From contig OZ037770.1 of NCBI GenBank assembly GCA_964035545.1, forward strand, positions 12,576,642 to 12,640,641: a DNA stretch of 64,000 bases, read 5' to 3'. Below the pieces are notes generated by a model. That model worked only from the letters and a program-made list of their open reading frames with translations. It was not told the DNA's origin and ran no database searches. The stretch comes from Bugula neritina (lineage: Eukaryota > Animalia > Bryozoa). Shown here one piece after another: positions 58,751-64,000 of the stretch (positions are counted from its first letter, which is position 1; the number at the start of each line of letters is the position of its first letter). The translations under genes were made by a program, and so were the position numbers.

Positions 58751-60758
58751 TCAACCAACCAATCGAATTCTCCTGGTTATTATTCCTGTATTCTGATTGA
58801 ACAAAAGCTGCTGAGTCATCCATGTTTTTATCTTATCATCAACGTTTCCACTTTTACTCTTTCTTACGCTACTTCTGGGATGATATTGTTTTCCTGCACT
58901 TAATGGTATTAAATTATAACAGTGAGTTGTTAAATATTCTTTCTTGGCACTTAAGAGCTCTGGTAAGGAGTAGGTTCTGATTTCAGCCGAATGCCTGCAC
59001 AAATATAATAAAATACAATAATTATAATGCTATAATAAAATAATCTTGCAGTTTTAGATTTGTAAATTTATCAAACATGCTGACTTTTTATTAGCTCATT
59101 ATTTTATGGAAAATTAATATAGCTGTTTACAAAACAAATAGGTTTATTGTTTACACATAACAATATCTTTCCATCAGACATGTTAGAAATAATGTGAAAC
59201 TAGTTTCCCATTTATATTAGATGCATAAATACAGTTCTGTTCTGTAGAATATGTTCACAATCAACCTGTATATAGCCTACCTTAAACTTCTATTCTCACA
59301 AAATCTGACTGATTTGAAATATATATTTTGGCTAAAAGTTAAGCTATAAATGTATCAAGACTGTAGAAGAATCTTTCATAAAATAAATAAATTTAATAAA
59401 ATATTATATTTCTGAGCTTTCTGCCTAACCAATCAGCACAAGGAAAGATGTTACATCATGTGATATCTTTTAATAATAACTGGGAACAAAAACGCTTACA
59501 TGGTTTTATGTAGGAGCGTAGTAGCACTTCTGTTTTCATCAACTTTTGAGAAGGAGGGGAGACAAGAGCCACCCATACTTGAGCTGGCACTTCTCAGAAC
59601 TCTTCTATTTCTTTCTCTGGTGCAGTTGATAATGGCTGTATGTGACTTCAGGGAAATTCTAGCTTCTAGTGATAAGGTTGCTAGCTCTGCAGTAAGATAT
59701 TTACACAATCACACATGTACATGCCTCTTCGAATATCAACATAGTATTATAGTGATTTATAAGTACATCATGCAGAATCGGGTTTTGTTTTGAATATTAA
59801 TTATCCAAGCTGAGCAACGCACACTCTATTACATCTCTCCCCATTGACATCAACATCAAGAGTTACGGCCATTATGTATGCCATAGAGGTCAAAGCACTT
59901 TTTAGTCATATCCATGGCTCAATTTGTTTCATTCTTCCAGCAAATCATATTTTATTATTTCTTTATCTCAAGGATTTTTTGTGTATGCTTATATAAAAGT
60001 GTGTCCCATATTTTTTATAGTTTCTTGAAACTCCATTTGGTAGTATATTGTGCAATTTCATTGACTCACAATAAGTGTTTAGGTCATAGTTTGCATTGTA
60101 GCTATGCAAAATAATATTTAGGAATGAACCACAGCCTTTTTAAATCACAAGACAATACACACTTCAAACACAATGAGTGTGAAACTTTGTAAAGAAATAA
60201 AAATGTGGGTAATTTTGACACCCACTTCTACTAAATCCTTTTACTTAAAGAAAACAACTTGAAGTGGTAAAATTTCACAATTTAGCTCCATCAGCTTAAT
60301 GACTTGTGTCATAAAGTGTGGCAGGTTTTTAAACTTTTCAATCTTACATTTATCTACTTTAGAATGTATATAGTATGTTATATTTCTCAAACAGATACTT
60401 TATTCTACAAAATAACAGCAATAGCTTTATGGTTAGAGCATACACACTCGCTTTCATTGCTTCAAATTATAATGTATAAATGCATTTTTTATTTATGTTT
60501 GGAAACAGTACGTTGCATCAAATGAAACAACAACCGTAAGCTCATGCAAACTGCAATTTCCAAAATTTTCATCCACATCTATTCACATGATGTGAATTGC
60601 AATGGAAACGCAGTAATAATTTTCTTACGTTTGGATAATTCTCGCTGCTCATTTTGATTTCTTTTTACAGCTACTGGCTCTGAGAGAGTTGTCACCACAT
60701 TTCTGATGTCTTGCCTTTTGGTCAGCTTTGTCCTCTTAGATAAACTTAATCCTATCAT
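58751..60758 (-). CDS. Uncharacterised basic protein, 186 aa, 3 coding exons, short N-terminal coiled coil
   Basis: Exons 60629-60758, 59500-59686 and 58751-58994. Both donors are GTAAG, the acceptors are CAG, and phases 1 and 2 join three separate ORF-track fragments into one frame: MIGLSLSKR..RNQNEQRELSKQLATLSLEARISLKSH..RRIRLVG*. Confidence 0.65.
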
Positions 60759-62902
60759 ATCTGAGCCTACAAAATAGTCTAAACTGCATGATAGCTTCAA
60801 CATCACTCAATACACTGCACTATTCATGTTTCAAAGAGGGTTTTAATGAAATGGTCATAGTTATAGTGGTACCAATTTACAATCAATTAAATGCTATATA
60901 TTTAATAAACAACCATTGAGTAATATTGTCAGCAGTTTTTAAGATCTGTACATTTGATTGATGGTTGTTTCTAAACAATGTAAAAAGTGTTTTAATTCAT
61001 TTGTTAATTGATTGTAAGCCTTTTTTGAAAAACTCTTTTGAACAGTCACAGTAGCTTTACTATTATAGACATATATTGAACAAAATGAATTTTAATAAAG
61101 TACTATATCGAGCTTAGTTGGTTTAAGAATACTATTAACTAAAGCCTTATATTACATGAATATCTGTGAATACGGGCTGAAGTAACTACTGTTTCTACTA
61201 AAAAGTATCAAATATTTATTGGTGAGAATATATAGAGTAAAGAGCCACAAAGAATATCTTTTGTTTAGCAGCTATGAAAGACACAACAAAACACGCATGC
61301 AAATAGTTTATAAATTCAAAATTTAATTTCTATTTTGAATGAAATACAGCATGTGTATATTTTGCAAAAACATGTGTTAATCAACAACCACAAATGAAAA
61401 CACAATGTAAAATTTCTGATTAGCTTTACAAAAATATCAAGCTGTAAGTTTTAGCTCAAAAACCTTACCTTGATTTAAAATAAAATAAAATCTCAGTTCT
61501 TGAATGGAGTCAATTACTTTTAAAATGCTTAAAGTAGAACTGCATAAATTAAACTGAATAAAAGTCAATTAGAGTAACTTAAGAGACATACTAAAGGATT
61601 AGTCTGCCCTTCGTTATTAATCAATATGCTTCAATAGTGGAGTGTCTCCATTAAATCTGCAAGAAGTAAATTGATTAAAATTTAATATTAGACAAATATT
61701 TACTATATGGAGAATTATTCACCTTTCTATTTGCATGCTGCCTAAACAATTGCATTGACGGCCCAAAGTGCAATGCATTCAGCTTCATGTTTTCTTAACG
61801 CTTTGGCATGTAACACACACAGTTCACGCACTCGTTAGACACTATGAAACTCCGCACACAACTTTACATGAGGGTTGGGCATTTCTCAACACGAAAACAA
61901 CTTTAAGCATTTTAAAAGCTAATGTAAACCATTTCATAATACTGTATGTGTTGACAGCTATTTAAACTGTTTACTCAAGCTTTACAATTGTATTTATAAA
62001 TTATTGTTTAAGTAGGGCACCAGTGAGCAAATAAAATATTATTTTACTTATTCTTATATGTTAAGCACTTATTTTAAAAGGCTGTCTACATGTTTATGGA
62101 GCATATTTTACCCACAAACTCACTACCAGCACACATACCTTTTATTATGGCAAGAGAATCAAACTGTTTAGCCTTATGCAAGGCTAGGTGAAAAATCATA
62201 CGTTTCTTCTATTGTAAAAGTGTGGGCCATAGTATGCTGTACTATATGCTGTATTATATCGTATAATGTCATTATATACACTGCTTTTCAAATGGTACCT
62301 GAAAGTACATAGAGCTAATGATTACTTATTATGTATTCACTGCAGGATGAGATGATTTTTATTCTCCTATACAAAGTATTTAAAGCAGAAAGTTTCTAAA
62401 CTGCAGAGTTTTGCTGTCAACAGCCATTTTTGGGAATAAAATTTTATTTTATAATTTTACATTTTATAGTTTGTAAACTGCATGTACTTTATAATACAGG
62501 TGATTAAAATAATGATATATTGTGAAGTTTACTGCGTCTATCACAAATGGTACTGACTGATGTATTTTTTACGAGTTTTCTTTTGTAGCTCTGACTTTGC
62601 AAATATTAAAGTTCTATTACAAAAAAAAGAAGTAGCAGATCCAAATTCTGGGACATAAAAATAAGTTTATTTCGACCTTTTATTTTGACTAGCCCTGTAA
62701 TTAACATATTAGGTGAGATATAAATTAGGCACATCAATTGTAGATGACTCATAGTCAAAGAAAGTTGTTTTCTTTTGTTTTACAGCTTTATAAAAAATCC
62801 TAAAATTATTCACAACAAGATATTTTAGATTTAACCTGCTTTAAAAATGCTTAGATACAAAAAGTTACAGCTGCTTTCGTCTTAACAACTTTATTTCAAA
62901 CA

Positions 62903-63261
62903 CTAATGATAAAACATTGACCTATACAGGCTGACTAAACTATCTTTATATCGGCTCATATAACTGTCTTGGTAACTGTATGTGTCAGTAATCAATGAGT
63001 CATACATTCTGTAATGGTGGACAACTCCAACTTCCGGCTTAACATTTATAATTTCATATCCTGGATAGCATTGGCGTACGTGGTGTACGTCTACAATATC
63101 AGTCCTATCAGTGTTTACGAGAACCTTACTCCATTGATACAAGTTGAAGACGCCAACTGTGTGGAGATACTGGAGGCTCCAGAGATGATGCCTGTTTATA
63201 AAACTGCCATTTGCTGACTTTGTGTTTCTGGGAAACATTTGTGAGTGATACACAAACGCTC
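62903..63261 (-). CDS. Last exon of a glycosyltransferase family 92 (DUF23)-like protein; upstream exons not identified and probably outside the window
   Basis: Acceptor TTGCAG, then ..QWSKVLVNTDRTDIVDVHHV..VKPEVGVVHHYR..QDSYMSRYKDSL. This is the SK..v..H / HHYR / D..m..y...L pattern of GT92 C-termini. Confidence 0.7.
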
Positions 63262-64000
63262 CTGCAAATAGCAAAAATAGGTTAGCATTTGAAGATTACG
63301 GAGAGGCACTAGGAGGGTGGATATATTGGTTAGATTACTTGCTTAGTAAGTGGTAGGTTAAGAGTTCAAGGCCATTGATGATGCTAAGGATAAAGTTATA
63401 AGCAGAAATTTCAAGCAGGAGCCATTTTGCCAGCAAGTTTAAACACACAGTCCTTGATTCACTTAAAACACTCTCAATGGTTCTCATGGAATTATAGAAA
63501 CCTTACAATAAATATTTAATAAACTAACCTCATTATCATCTAACACAATTGACACGACAGCGTATAATAGCAAGTAAAGCATTAGCTTTAATAATCATTG
63601 GTCAACTAGCAGCCGTCATGTAAAGGAGCTAATAGCAATTACATAATTATGCTGCACATTACTTTTTAAGAATTGTCTTCTTTTTGCTGTTGTAAAGTAA
63701 TGGCTATTGGAAATCTCAAAGACACCCTCCCTCTTTTGGGTAGTAATTACCATTGAAATGAAACTTTAACCTCATAGTTTATGGTAATTGCATACTTTAA
63801 AAAAGAATCGAGTTGAAAATAGGGATGAAAACTCCTAAAAGTAAGACTTGATTTGTTGCAGTACAAACTTATTAGGCAACATAAACCACTTCAATCAAGT
63901 TGAGACAACAGAATTGTCTTTGCGTTTGCCCACGAATTTTTACAGCGCTTTATAAACTTAAATCTGCTAAAAGCCAGTCAACACTTTTACATATTTTTGT

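Overview
AT-rich animal genomic DNA with GT-AG spliceosomal introns. It looks like an invertebrate, but the taxon cannot be fixed from sequence alone. Hand-built, phase-checked exon chains give five host genes: (1) a 14-exon inhibitor-of-apoptosis gene on the - strand (3145-20289; 2 BIR, UBA-like, atypical RING); (2) a 20-exon DIS3L2 exoribonuclease on the + strand (30782-43097); (3) a 7-exon TRIM-type RING/B-box/B-box/coiled-coil/beta-propeller gene on the - strand (44833-57552) that looks damaged; (4) a 3-exon orphan gene of about 186 aa on the - strand (58751-60758); (5) the last exon of a GT92-like glycosyltransferase on the - strand. Mobile DNA includes a near full-length, frameshifted CR1/L2-type LINE with a PHD-finger ORF1, a nested hAT/TA-TSD DNA-transposon pair, several MITEs, a long foldback and a tRNA-derived SINE family. 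There is also a very young, intact 7.5-kb Ty3/Gypsy LTR retrotransposon inserted 9 nt inside a TRIM intron. The most striking item is a third sense ORF at the env position of that Gypsy. It is not an envelope: it encodes tandem C2H2/C2HC zinc fingers, an Arg/Ser/Pro-rich basic tract and a coiled coil. It has no ATG of its own ahead of the fingers but has frame-compatible splice signals, which suggests a spliced accessory or regulatory gene in an LTR retrotransposon. All gene models are read by eye and have no transcript support.
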